Assembly (NCBI GenBank): GCA_009836625.1
Contig: VXVC01000012.1
Coordinates: forward strand, 482,847-546,846
From: Holophagales bacterium
Lineage (GTDB): Bacteria > Acidobacteriota > Thermoanaerobaculia > Multivoradales > Multivoraceae
Length of the DNA stretch: 64,000 nucleotides
Direction: 5' to 3'
Shown piece after piece: positions 10,702 through 18,938 of the stretch. The notes under the pieces were generated by a model that worked only from the letters and a program-made list of their open reading frames with translations, was not told where the DNA came from and made no database searches. The position numbers and the translations under genes are program-made. Every line of letters begins with the position of its first letter. Within the stretch, counting starts at the first letter, position 1.

Positions 10702-11629
10702 CCCGCTTCTCGTTGGTCCGCGCGTACTCGAGGATGTTCAGCAGGCCGTAGTTGCCTTCGTGGCAGGCGTACTCGAAGATCGCCTGGTCCGACTTCTTCA
10801 TCTCGACGCGGGCGCTCCAGCGGCGCTCGAAGGACTCCGGATCGTCGATCGTGTACTCGTAGAGGAGGGTGTCCTCGTCGAAGCGGGTGAAGCGTTCGGT
10901 CAGGAGCATGTTGCCGCCCGAGCCCGCGAAGCTGATCCGGGGATCGAAGTTCCGGGTCTCGACGACCAGGGTCTCGCCGTCCCAGTGGCCGCGCGAGTCG
11001 CCCTTGAACTGGCGTACGTGCTCAGGCAGACGGGGCTGGTCGTCGAGGGGGACGATCCGGGTGTCGTGGACCATCTCGTTGAGCAGCGCGACGGTGTCCG
11101 GCGTTACCAGGATCAGCACGTTGTTGTTGTAGCCGCCGGGGTTCATCGGCGGTCCGGCGTTGAAGCCCATCAGGCAGCGTTCCCAGAGGTTGCGGTCCTC
11201 GGGACCGGCCGGCGGGCTGGCGCGCAGGTCGCGGCGTTTCTCAGCTCGGCGCCGGCCGTCTTCGGTCATCGGCGGGATGCGGCCGTTCGGCGGGTCGAAG
11301 ATCAACGAAGTGCGTCGTGACGGTTGCACGTTGCGCCCGTGGTCGAGCCAGTACGGGGCGTGGACGCTCGGGCTCCGCTTCTGGGCCTCGGCGCGGCGCG
11401 CGATCGTGTCGCGTTCGAACTGGGCCGCCTCCTCGACGGTGAAGTACTCCTTTTCGGCATGGGCCGCGGGTCTCTGAAGCGGTGTGGCGGTGGCGAAATC
11501 CCACAGCCCGTCGATATCGCCGGGCGGGGACCAGGTCGAGCCCGCCTGGGCGCAGAGCGGCGCGCTGGAGACCGTGGCCAGTACCAGGACGGCCGGGAAG
11601 AGGTCGCGCTTTCTCCTGGTGGGGAACAC
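10679..11629 (-). CDS. Secreted conserved hypothetical protein (paralog of 55296-56378; unnamed family with DPPNGRxP / TLVVETxNF / YEYACHEGNY motifs)
   Basis: Signal peptide MFPTRRKRDLFPAVLVLATVSSAPLCAQA. Shares multiple colinear motifs with the ORF at 55296-56378. The 3' end overlaps the vapC end convergently by about 20 bp. Confidence 0.6.
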   Translation of the reverse strand: MFPTRRKRDLFPAVLVLATVSSAPLCAQAGSTWSPPGDIDGLWDFATATPLQRPAAHAEKEYFTVEEAAQFERDTIARRAEAQKRSPSVHAPYWLDHGRNVQPSRRTSLIFDPPNGRIPPMTEDGRRRAEKRRDLRASPPAGPEDRNLWERCLMGFNAGPPMNPGGYNNNVLILVTPDTVALLNEMVHDTRIVPLDDQPRLPEHVRQFKGDSRGHWDGETLVVETRNFDPRISFAGSGGNMLLTERFTRFDEDTLLYEYTIDDPESFERRWSARVEMKKSDQAIFEYACHEGNYGLLNILEYARTNEKRASEAPPE

Positions 11630-11692
11630 CAGCGTTCAGAATAGCGCCTGCACCGCCTCCGTCAACTCGGTTGCGTGTAGGCTCCGCCGCCC

Positions 11693-12376
11693 ATGTCGCA
11701 AGCGCTCACCCTCGTCATCGGCAACAAGAACTACTCGTCCTGGTCGCTCCGGCCGTGGGCCCTGATGACCGAACTCGGCATTCCGTTCTCTGAACGGATG
11801 CTGAAGTTCGACTCGGAGGACTGGGAGGCGAACATCGATCGCCTGTCGCCAGCGAGGCTTGTACCCGTGCTCTGGGAGGGGGAACCTGGCGACGGCTTCG
11901 CGACGTTCGACACGGTGGCGATCGTCGAGCGGTTGAACGACCTCCATCCCGCGCGCGGAATCTGGCCGTTCGACGCCCGGGCCCGGGCCCGCGCCCGTTC
12001 ACTGGTCGCGAACTTCCACTCCGGCTATCCGGCGTTGCGCTCGGCGATGCCGATGAACATCCGCTCGCACCATCCGGGCAAGGGCCACGAGCCGGAGGTC
12101 ATGTCCGAGATCGAACGGCTGACGCGCCTCTGGCGCGACACCCGCGCCGAGTTCGGCACCCACAGCCCTTACCTCTTCGGCAACTTCTCGGCCGCCGACG
12201 CCTACTTCCTGCCGGTCGCGTCGCGGTTCGCGACCTACGAGCCGCCGCTGGACCGGGAAGCCCAGGACTATTGCCGCGCCCTGCTCGACACGATGGCGAT
12301 GCGCGAGTGGAGCCGGGCGGCCCGCCTGGAGACGGAGTTCGTGCCCGAGGACGAACCCTACGCCGATCCTCCCTGA
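11693..12376 (+). CDS. Glutathione S-transferase family protein
   Basis: N-terminal thioredoxin-like GST domain (LVIGNKNYSSWSLRPW), a C-terminal helical domain, 227 aa. Confidence 0.8.
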   Translation: MSQALTLVIGNKNYSSWSLRPWALMTELGIPFSERMLKFDSEDWEANIDRLSPARLVPVLWEGEPGDGFATFDTVAIVERLNDLHPARGIWPFDARARARARSLVANFHSGYPALRSAMPMNIRSHHPGKGHEPEVMSEIERLTRLWRDTRAEFGTHSPYLFGNFSAADAYFLPVASRFATYEPPLDREAQDYCRALLDTMAMREWSRAARLETEFVPEDEPYADPP

Positions 12377-12392
12377 GGAGACGGTTCGCCGA

Positions 12393-13070
12393 TCAGGGAA
12401 GAACCAGGGGCCCCAGCACCGAGCCCCACAGGGCGATGCCCAGGGCCACTCCGAGCAACGGCGGCATGACGGCGCGCAACCTCTGGCCGCGAGGAAACGC
12501 GGTCACGAGGAACCAGTAGCTGAGCAGGAAGCAGATGAGGCCGGGCAGAACGGCGAGCGACGCGGGGATTCCCATGATCGCCGCAAAGTTGGCTTCGTCC
12601 TGGTTACCCGTGAATCCGCCGACAAACAGGTCGACGGCGATCACCGGAATCGCCGCTGCGCCCTGCAGTGGCGCGACGAATCCACTTCCGAGAACCAGCG
12701 AAAGGGGACCGGGACCGTATCTCCGGACCCAGAGCACGAAGCCGATCGCCGTCAGGTAGGAGACGAGTGGCCCCGCGGCGGCGCTCAGGGCTACCTGCCA
12801 CGGTTCGGCAATCGCGGCCGCGGCCTCGACGTCTCCCGCACGCCAGAGCCGGCGAAACTCGCTGGAGCCGGTCCAACTGACCGAGGCGTATCGCAGGACG
12901 GTGTCGGGGAACCCGTACGCGACGCCGACGGCGAAGTGCCCCAGTTCGTGGAGCTGGATCCCGATGGGAGCGGCGATCGCACCGCCGGCCAGTCCGGCCA
13001 GCCACTTGCCGCTTCGCAGCCACTGCCGCAACGGGATCTGCGCGGTTCCCTGACGCTCGGTGTCTGACAC
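12393..13070 (-). CDS. Polytopic membrane protein with intramembrane HExxH (putative Zn metalloprotease, S2P/M50-like)
   Basis: Several hydrophobic helices, with HELGH embedded in a predicted TM helix (IQLHELGHFAVGVAYGF). Confidence 0.55.
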   Translation of the reverse strand: MSDTERQGTAQIPLRQWLRSGKWLAGLAGGAIAAPIGIQLHELGHFAVGVAYGFPDTVLRYASVSWTGSSEFRRLWRAGDVEAAAAIAEPWQVALSAAAGPLVSYLTAIGFVLWVRRYGPGPLSLVLGSGFVAPLQGAAAIPVIAVDLFVGGFTGNQDEANFAAIMGIPASLAVLPGLICFLLSYWFLVTAFPRGQRLRAVMPPLLGVALGIALWGSVLGPLVLP

Positions 13071-13079
13071 GGTTCCGGC

Positions 13080-14009
13080 TCAAAGAGCCCCGTCGAGTCC
13101 GAGCACGAGAGCGACGACCAGGTCGTGAAGGTCGTTCATCGCGGCTTCACTGACGTGCTCGATTGTGTCCCTGCTCGAGTGGATGATCCGGAAGACCTCG
13201 GGCATGAAGCCCTCGCGGAGCCCGGACTCGGGCCCCGCGTTCAGGGCGAGCCACATCTGGTGCGACGCCGCGGCGCCGTTCATGGCGAGCGAGACGTTGG
13301 GGATTCCCGCGGCCTGGAAGGGACGATCGTCGCTTGGGGGATAGCGGGGGAAACCCATGCACGTGATCTCGCTCGCGGCGCATGCGACGCGAAGGCTGCG
13401 GTAAACCGTGTCGTTTCCCTCGTGGGAGGTCGGCCCGTACATCAGCGTGCCTTCGCCGACGACCACGTCGACGTTGACCATGGCGGCGACGCGGCCGGTG
13501 TCTTCCACTTGCACGTAGGCCTGAGAGCCGAGGAGCCCGTGTTCCTCGAGGTCGAAGAGAACGATCCGGACGCGGTGGCTCAACTCGTGTCGTTGCAGGG
13601 TCTCCGCGACCCTCGTCAGGACCACCGAGGCCGCGCCGTTGTCCACGGCGCCGCCGACGACCGTGCCGTCCTCTAGGCGGACCACGTCGTAGTGCGCGCC
13701 GACGACGATGTCGCGAGGCCCCTCGCCGACCGTGGCGATCAGGTTCTTCCCGGTTCCTCTCGGCTGCCGCTCCGTTGCGGTGGCCGGGAACTCCTGTTCA
13801 AGGGGTTCGAGTCCGCGCTCCCGGAACATGCGAAGCAGTTCGGCTCCGCGATCCACCGTCTCGCGGCCGACGATCCGACCCAGATCGTCGAGCAGGCCGG
13901 TTAGCGGGGCCTGCCGTGGTTCCGCGGGGGTCGGCGGGCTTTCCGGGCCCGGGGCGGCGATGTTCGAGCACGCCAGCGCCAGGCACGCGCACAGAGCGGC
14001 GCATGCCAA
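13080..14009 (-). CDS. M28-family Zn peptidase (aminopeptidase-like) lipoprotein
   Basis: Lipoprotein signal (LALACSN) and M28 metal-ligand blocks GAHYDVV, DNGAASV, EEHGLLGS. Confidence 0.8.
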   Translation of the reverse strand: MACAALCACLALACSNIAAPGPESPPTPAEPRQAPLTGLLDDLGRIVGRETVDRGAELLRMFRERGLEPLEQEFPATATERQPRGTGKNLIATVGEGPRDIVVGAHYDVVRLEDGTVVGGAVDNGAASVVLTRVAETLQRHELSHRVRIVLFDLEEHGLLGSQAYVQVEDTGRVAAMVNVDVVVGEGTLMYGPTSHEGNDTVYRSLRVACAASEITCMGFPRYPPSDDRPFQAAGIPNVSLAMNGAAASHQMWLALNAGPESGLREGFMPEVFRIIHSSRDTIEHVSEAAMNDLHDLVVALVLGLDGAL

Positions 14010-14077
14010 CCGGCTGTGGCGGGCGCGATGGCCGCCGGGGTGTACTGCGGTCGTGAGAACCTCCCGTGTCGTGGGCG

Positions 14078-14916
14078 TCAGGCGCCCTCTCCCACGATCA
14101 CGTCCACCTGGTCCTGCGGCGCGTAGAAGTACGAGCCCGGCCGGAAGTCGTAGCCGAGGTCGCCGAGCAGACGGCGCTGGCGCGGCGTGCAGCGCTCAAG
14201 GACTTCGGGCGTTGGCTCCGGGTCGTAGGTGCGCAGAAACAGCTGGCAGTAGTTGTACAGGATCGTCTTGCGGGCGCGTGGCGACGCGTTGACGGAGGGG
14301 CCGTGCCAGAGCGAGTGCGGGAAGAGAATGCAGTCGCCGGCCTTGCCCTTGAGCTGGACAGCTCCCGGGGTCTTCGGCCCCGGGGCGGGGTAGGGGCGGT
14401 CGGGGAACGGGCGCATGTGGCTGCCGGGGAAGACGGTGAAGTTGCCGCTGTCTTCGTCCGTGATGTCGGAGAGCAGGTACATCCCCTTCATCGCCAGTGG
14501 CAGGCTGGTTTCGGTGACCCGGATGCGGCGAAGCGCTTCGCCGCCGTCCGTGTGCGTGTAGCCCGGCCACTTGGGGTTGGACGGACGGACGATCGCCTGG
14601 GTCATGCTGAGCACAACGTAGGGCCCCATGATGTCGGTGATCAGGTCGAAGACGGGGGAGGCGTCCATCAGGTCGAGGAACGCCTGGTCGTAGCCGAGCA
14701 GGACCCGGCGGTCCATGAAGCCCTCCGGGTCGCGGTCGACGGCGTGGTCGAGCCAGCCGTAGTGGCCCAGCGGCCCGTCGGGACTTGGTTCCCAACCCGG
14801 GAGTTGCCGGATCCGGTCGAGTTCGGCGTCGAAGAACGTGACCTGGTCCGGCGACAGCGCCTGCTCGACGCGAATGTAGCCGTCGATCGCCCACTGTTCG
14901 CGCTGCGCCTGAGTCA
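14078..14916 (-). CDS. Phytanoyl-CoA dioxygenase (PhyH) family Fe(II)/2OG oxygenase
   Basis: HTDGG (HxD) and a distal His (FPHSLWHGP) of the PhyH fold. The annotated start is the internal ATG (MEKLTQAQREQW), because the upstream part of the track ORF is Pro/Arg-rich with no matching features. Confidence 0.72.
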
Positions 14917-15023
14917 GTTTCTCCATGACGGTTGCCTCCTGCTGCGGGCCCCGTGGGCGGTCCGGGCTGATGTCGGTTTGCCTGTTTGTGGTGCCTGAGA
15001 ATACGCCGGCTCGTCCGCGGCCG

Positions 15024-16076
15024 TCACGGGCCGGGTTCATCGCGGTCGCCGGCGCGTTCCATTGCGCTGCGGGCTCGGTCGGCCGCTGCGGGGTGGCTGG
15101 ACAGCCAGGTGGGGAAGCTGCCAGTTCCGCTTTCGCGCTCAAGTCGCTCCAGGATGTCGCCGAGGCGAGTCGGCGAGACTCCGGCGCGGAGGAGATAGTC
15201 GGCGGCGAACTCGTCGGCGGCTCGCTCGAAATCGCGCGAGTAGCTCTGAGCGATCAACTGGTCCGGACCCAGGACCGAGAGCGCCGCTAGCGACACATCA
15301 CCGGTAACCGCGGTCCACAACGCCAGCAGAGTGGACCTCTGGGCCATCGAGCGAAGCACGTGACGGCCCTCAACGTGCCCCAGTTCGTGGGCGAGTACCG
15401 CGATGATCTCCTCGTCATGCTCGGCGAACTCCACGAGTTCATCCGTGACGACGACGGTGCCGCCCGGCAGGGCAAAGGCGTTCGGAGCGCCCAGGGAGTA
15501 GAACTGGAGGTCTGCGTGTTCTACACCTGCTTCCCGCTTCATCTCTTCGAAGGCGGCCAGCAGGTCGTTTCTGCGATTCGGCTCGAGCGCCGACGTCTCG
15601 AGGACCTCGAGCTGTCGGAGCAGGTTCAACCCGTTCTGACCGAGGAGCGCCTCCGCTTCCTGGGGCGTCGTTGCGACGACCAGACTGGCCACGGCCGGAG
15701 CTCCCCACCTGGTGAACGAGTACATGACGGTCGCTACTACGGCCAGCGCCGCGGCCGCGCCTCGCCAGGTGCTGTCGAGGCGATGGACAAGGCGCCAGAA
15801 CCGATCGCGCCGCGGCTCGGGGTCGTCGCGCCGAAGGCGGACCCGGAGTTCGTCCAGGGCGTCGTTGTCCTGCACCTCGCAGACCGCACCGTCCGGCAGG
15901 TGGATGAAGCGTGGCGTGTCCGCGACGCGGTTCGGTATCCGCACGTCGCGGTAGACGAGGCGCTCTTCGAGTTCGGCACCATCGACAATGAGGTCGCCGG
16001 CGTCGGTGAAGGTGAGAGCGGCGGCTTTCCGTCTGGACGACTTCCCGTCGTAGTACCGGCAGGCGACGGCGTTCAT
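15024..16076 (-). CDS. M48-family Zn metallopeptidase (HtpX/Ste24-like, soluble-domain type)
   Basis: HELGH within AVLAHELGHVEGRHV, a downstream Glu ligand region, and PGGTVVVTDELVE. The start ATG (MNAVACRYY) overlaps the stop of the upstream DUF898 gene (ATGA). The N-terminal 236 aa of the 594-aa track ORF is an alternative-frame artefact. Confidence 0.8.
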   Translation of the reverse strand: MNAVACRYYDGKSSRRKAAALTFTDAGDLIVDGAELEERLVYRDVRIPNRVADTPRFIHLPDGAVCEVQDNDALDELRVRLRRDDPEPRRDRFWRLVHRLDSTWRGAAAALAVVATVMYSFTRWGAPAVASLVVATTPQEAEALLGQNGLNLLRQLEVLETSALEPNRRNDLLAAFEEMKREAGVEHADLQFYSLGAPNAFALPGGTVVVTDELVEFAEHDEEIIAVLAHELGHVEGRHVLRSMAQRSTLLALWTAVTGDVSLAALSVLGPDQLIAQSYSRDFERAADEFAADYLLRAGVSPTRLGDILERLERESGTGSFPTWLSSHPAAADRARSAMERAGDRDEPGP

Positions 16077-17203
16077 ATCCCGATCTCCAGGCCGAACTCG
16101 CCGGCGGCCTCGGCTCCGGTGGCGCCGACACTCTGCCTGTCGCCTGCTTCGTAAGCGTCCGGATCTTCGCGCTGGAGCACGCGGAACTCGCCCACGACGT
16201 ATCGCAGGAAGCGGATTCTGGCGAAGGGAATGAAGAGACCGAACGTAGTGACGATCGCCGCCGCGTTGCTCGCGTACAGCCAGAGCATGGTGGGAAAGGA
16301 GAGAGTTAGCGAGAACTCGTTGCCGCCCAGTCGCGAGGAGTTCCATCGATAGCAGAGCAGGCGCGTTCGGAGATAGGCGGCGACGAAGAGCATGACGAGT
16401 CCGACAATCGCCAGCGTGCCGATCATGAACGCGCCCATGTCCGGAGCCGCGGTTCCCGGATCGGCGCCGGTTGCCATGGAGCGCCCGACTACGACAAGGA
16501 GCACGAAGAACACGCCGCCGACGTAGAGGACGCCAACCACCACCGCGGTGATGACGTACATCCGGTAGTAGGGCCCCGGCCGGCCTGTGAAGCCGAACGT
16601 CCTGTTGCCGAAGCTCGACTCGGTAACCAGGAAACGGTCGCGTCCGAACACGGTCAACGGTCTCACCAGGCCGAGCGTTACGATGGAAGCGGCCCAGGAC
16701 AGCGGATACCAGACGGCGGCGTCCCAGTACCTGCCGCTGAAGTCGAAGGCAAGACTCCGATGTCTGGAGTTGCGCATGTGGAAGGAACGCGCCCGGACCA
16801 CGACCCACGGCACCAGCGGCATGAGAACCAGAAGAGCTGCGTAGTAGTACAGGATGGACACCCGCTGGGCCAGCGAGACGGGTACCAGGACGAGGAGAAG
16901 GACGACCCTCCCCCTGAGGATCGCGACCGGGTTCGCGGTGTAGTCGAAGGCGTCGTCGCCGAGCCAGACGTTCCCGTACAGGTAGCGCCGCGCCCGCACC
17001 TTCGCCCAGGCGGAGTAGATGCCAAGGGTCAGGAGCGTCAGCGCGACGTTGACGATCCAGATGCGGAAGTACTCCCTGCCGTCGCCGGTGAAACGTAGCT
17101 GCCGGGTCTGGGAAGAGGTTTCAGCGGCGCTCTGGCTGGGGAACTCCGGCGGCGACGCGGGCGATTCGCCGCCCGGATCGACAGGCCCAGCGTCGTCCTT
17201 CAT
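16073..17203 (-). CDS. DUF898 (YjgN-like) inner-membrane protein
   Basis: LRFTGDGREYFRIWIVNVALTLLTLGIYSAWAKVRARRYLYGNVWL is the DUF898 signature, and there are multiple TM helices. The probable start is the ATG at 17203 (MKDDAGPV...). The stop overlaps the M48 start. Confidence 0.7.
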   Translation of the reverse strand: MKDDAGPVDPGGESPASPPEFPSQSAAETSSQTRQLRFTGDGREYFRIWIVNVALTLLTLGIYSAWAKVRARRYLYGNVWLGDDAFDYTANPVAILRGRVVLLLVLVPVSLAQRVSILYYYAALLVLMPLVPWVVVRARSFHMRNSRHRSLAFDFSGRYWDAAVWYPLSWAASIVTLGLVRPLTVFGRDRFLVTESSFGNRTFGFTGRPGPYYRMYVITAVVVGVLYVGGVFFVLLVVVGRSMATGADPGTAAPDMGAFMIGTLAIVGLVMLFVAAYLRTRLLCYRWNSSRLGGNEFSLTLSFPTMLWLYASNAAAIVTTFGLFIPFARIRFLRYVVGEFRVLQREDPDAYEAGDRQSVGATGAEAAGEFGLEIGI

Positions 17204-17464
17204 TCCGCGCAGATTACTAGCTGCCGGCCAGGGACAGGCGCGCTTGGCGATCGGCGGTCGCCAACGGACACGGCGACCTGACGTAACTCCTTTGCTGCTA
17301 GGAGTTTGCGAGAAACCCGCAAACGAGTATGCTGGCTCGCGGGGGGCCGTCTGCAACTCTCTTCGCCAGTCCGGTTCGGGGTATCATGCCGGCACAGTTT
17401 GGGGTAGCGAGCCGCCCTGGCGCCCACCGGCGGAACTCGCGGCGGATGGCCAGCGGAGGATGAG

Positions 17465-18934
17465 ATGAAGGGATCTGCACCGATCGGCTCGGCGGCTCGT
17501 GTACGGATGGCTCACTGCGTGACCGTTCTGGCGGTTGTCCTGGGGGCGGCGCCTGCCTGGAGCCAGGAGGAGGCCGAGCCCAGCGAACTCGACCGCGTTC
17601 TAGCCGCGCACTTCGAGGCGCGCGGCGGGCTCGAGCGCCTGCGCGCCGTCACCGGTGTACGCGGCGCGGCCACGATGTCCATGCAGGGAATGGAGGCGTT
17701 GTTCACGGTGCTCCTGCGGGCGCCGAACCAGGTGCGGATGGACGGCGATTTCGGCGGCATGGCCCTGATTCGGGCCTTCGACGGCGAGCAGGCCTGGGCT
17801 CAGCAACCGGGGGAGATGAAACCGGTTCTGCTCGAGGGAGACCTGGCGGCCGTCGCCGCCGCGGACGCCGACGTCAGCGTGCAGGGCCTGGTCGGCCTCG
17901 AGGAGCGCGGCTACGACATCGAACTCGCCGGCCGCGAGGAGATCGAGAGTGGCGAGGCCTGGAAACTCCTCGTCACGGCGCCGAGTGGTGTCGTCCAGCA
18001 GGTCTTCATCGGGGTCGAGGACGGCCTGGAGAGGAAGCGCGTGGCACAGGTGGATCTCGGCTTCGGCCTGCAGGAGACGGCCACCCTGTTCGAGGACTTC
18101 CGCGAGGTCGACGGCCTGATGATCGCCCACCGGCACATGATGATCAGTCCGATGGGGGAGATGCCGCTCCAGTTCGAGTCCTTCGAGATCAATCCGGAGA
18201 TCGACCCCGACGTCTTCTTCATGCCGGGGCAGAAGGCCGACGCTGCGCTCGGCCTGGACGAGGTACTGGCTCGCTACGGAAGCGCCCGCGGCGGTTCGGC
18301 CGCCGAAGTGGAGACACTGAGCGCGGTCGGCACGGCGGTCCTGCTCGGCTTCGAAGTGCCGATGAAGGCGGCATTCGCCCGCCCGAGTTCGTTCCGCATC
18401 GACATCGACCTGCAGGGGCTGTCGATGATCCTGGCCTACGACGGCGAGACGCCGTGGACCCTGTCGCCGATGCAGGGAGTCGTCGAGCCCGCGCCGCTGG
18501 CCGAGGAGACGGTCGGAGCGGCGGAGCTGCTAGGCGAGTTCCTTTGGGGGTTGCTTGCGAGCAGGGAGGAGCGCGGCCTGGACGTGTCGTTCGGGGGCGT
18601 CGGGAAGGTCGCTCGCGACGAGACATACCGGCTCGACATCGTCACCTCGGCAGGCGAGGAGCGCACACTCCACCTGGGCGGCGAGGACTTCCTGGAGCGT
18701 CAGGTCGCCTTCGACGGGGCGCTCTTGGGTTCCACCGGTGAGATCGAGGTGACGCTTGGCGACTACATGGACGCCGGCGGGCTGATGGTGCCGGGGACGA
18801 TCCGGATCGCGGTGGCGGGTCAGGTTGCCGCCGAGTTGAGGATCCGGGAGACCGACACCGGCGCGGACATCGACCCGGCATCGTTTACCATGCCCGCTCC
18901 CGCCGACCCGGAGACGCCGGGTCCGGCCGCCTAG
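17465..18934 (+). CDS. Secreted protein with two tandem LolA-like / outer-membrane-lipoprotein-sorting-like domains (hypothetical)
   Basis: Signal peptide (VLAVVLGAAPAWSQE). Two internally similar halves. Function not recognisable beyond the fold family. Confidence 0.5.
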   Translation: MKGSAPIGSAARVRMAHCVTVLAVVLGAAPAWSQEEAEPSELDRVLAAHFEARGGLERLRAVTGVRGAATMSMQGMEALFTVLLRAPNQVRMDGDFGGMALIRAFDGEQAWAQQPGEMKPVLLEGDLAAVAAADADVSVQGLVGLEERGYDIELAGREEIESGEAWKLLVTAPSGVVQQVFIGVEDGLERKRVAQVDLGFGLQETATLFEDFREVDGLMIAHRHMMISPMGEMPLQFESFEINPEIDPDVFFMPGQKADAALGLDEVLARYGSARGGSAAEVETLSAVGTAVLLGFEVPMKAAFARPSSFRIDIDLQGLSMILAYDGETPWTLSPMQGVVEPAPLAEETVGAAELLGEFLWGLLASREERGLDVSFGGVGKVARDETYRLDIVTSAGEERTLHLGGEDFLERQVAFDGALLGSTGEIEVTLGDYMDAGGLMVPGTIRIAVAGQVAAELRIRETDTGADIDPASFTMPAPADPETPGPAA

Positions 18935-18938
18935 GAGC

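Noticed and set aside
15024-16808. 594-aa minus-strand ORF
   Set aside because: Its N-terminal 236 aa overlaps the DUF898 gene in another frame and is Arg-rich nonsense. The real M48 peptidase starts at the internal ATG 16076, which overlaps the DUF898 stop.
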